Below, in pieces: positions 45,667 to 46,178 of a stretch of 46,178 bases of DNA. The stretch covers positions 1 through 46,178 of IMG/VR virus record IMGVR_UViG_3300012942_000067; one strand, given 5' to 3'. Numbering within the stretch: the stretch's first letter is position 1; each line of letters begins with the position of its first letter. This DNA is from a virus (Duplodnaviria; Caudoviricetes). The translations under genes were made by a program, and so were the position numbers. Under the pieces are notes generated by a model. That model worked only from the letters and a program-made list of their open reading frames with translations, was not told the DNA's origin and made no database searches.

Positions 45667-45769
45667 CGGCGCTAGTACGGCATGGCGATGCAGCGCATCC
45701 TCGGTAGGGCCTCGGACGAATCAGACTTTCGTTCTTGAGATAGCCCCAACGAACCGAGGAGAAGACATC

Positions 45770-46178
45770 ATGGCCTTCCAGCTCCCCGCAGACCTCGCCG
45801 CGCTGAGCGACGAGGACCTGCAGAAGCTCCAGTCGGAGGCGGTCGCCGCCTTCGACACCCTCTACGGCGACGGCAGCCAGCTGTCCGCGGAGGCGTACAC
45901 CGAACTCGAAGGACTCACGTCCGACATCGAGACCCTCTCGTCTGCGATCGAGGAGCGCGTCACCCTCGCCGCCACCCGCGACACCGGCGCGGAGCAGCTC
46001 GCTGCCCGCAAGGACGCCGCGAAGAAGTCGGCGAAGGATGACGACGACGACAAGGACGACAAGAAGGCCAAGAAGATGGGCGCGGAGGTGGAGGTCGTCG
46101 AGGCGGACTCCATCGAGGCTCTCGCGGCCGCCCTGGAGCAGTACGGCGAGGACGAGGACGGCGCGCTCGTCGCCTCGG
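45770..46178 (+). CDS. major capsid protein, N-terminal part (truncated by window end)
   Basis: GAGGAG RBS; MAFQLPADLAALSDEDLQKL...AFD..Y helical delta/scaffold-like N-terminus; position after the head maturation genes. Confidence 0.65.
   Translation, partial: MAFQLPADLAALSDEDLQKLQSEAVAAFDTLYGDGSQLSAEAYTELEGLTSDIETLSSAIEERVTLAATRDTGAEQLAARKDAAKKSAKDDDDDKDDKKAKKMGAEVEVVEADSIEALAAALEQYGEDEDGALVAS

Overview
High-GC tailed-phage DNA, most likely infecting Actinobacteria. Its portal and head genes resemble those of cluster-B-type actinophages. No integrase is visible in the window. From left to right it holds: (1) a candidate small terminase and small hypothetical genes (1-5.3 kb). (2) A tightly coupled DNA base-hypermodification cluster (5.37-12.55 kb) that runs straight into the large terminase. 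It comprises two ParB-like genes, a PRTase, a TET/JBP dioxygenase, an amino-acid:DNA transferase, an amidoligase, an LMW phosphatase, an FAD oxidoreductase and a 5hmU-DNA-kinase-like gene. (3) A ~19 kb accessory block between terL and portal: RtcB, ATP-dependent DNA ligase, permuted papain-like enzyme, membrane GT2 synthase plus lipoprotein, an aberrant tRNA, an Acb1-like 2H phosphoesterase, three soluble glycosyltransferases and a 32-bp palindrome. (4) The head module: portal, MuF, a split and expanded prohead protease region, a GH25-LysM endolysin and the start of the major capsid gene. A 28-bp dyad (TTAGTGTGTTA-N6-TAACACACTAA) occurs eight times upstream of early/accessory genes. The best novelty candidate is the hypermodification pathway, whose tailoring enzymes (amidoligase, PRTase, LMW phosphatase) differ from the characterised M6/ViI/PaMx11 pathways. 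All product calls come from reading motifs by eye; no database searches were run.
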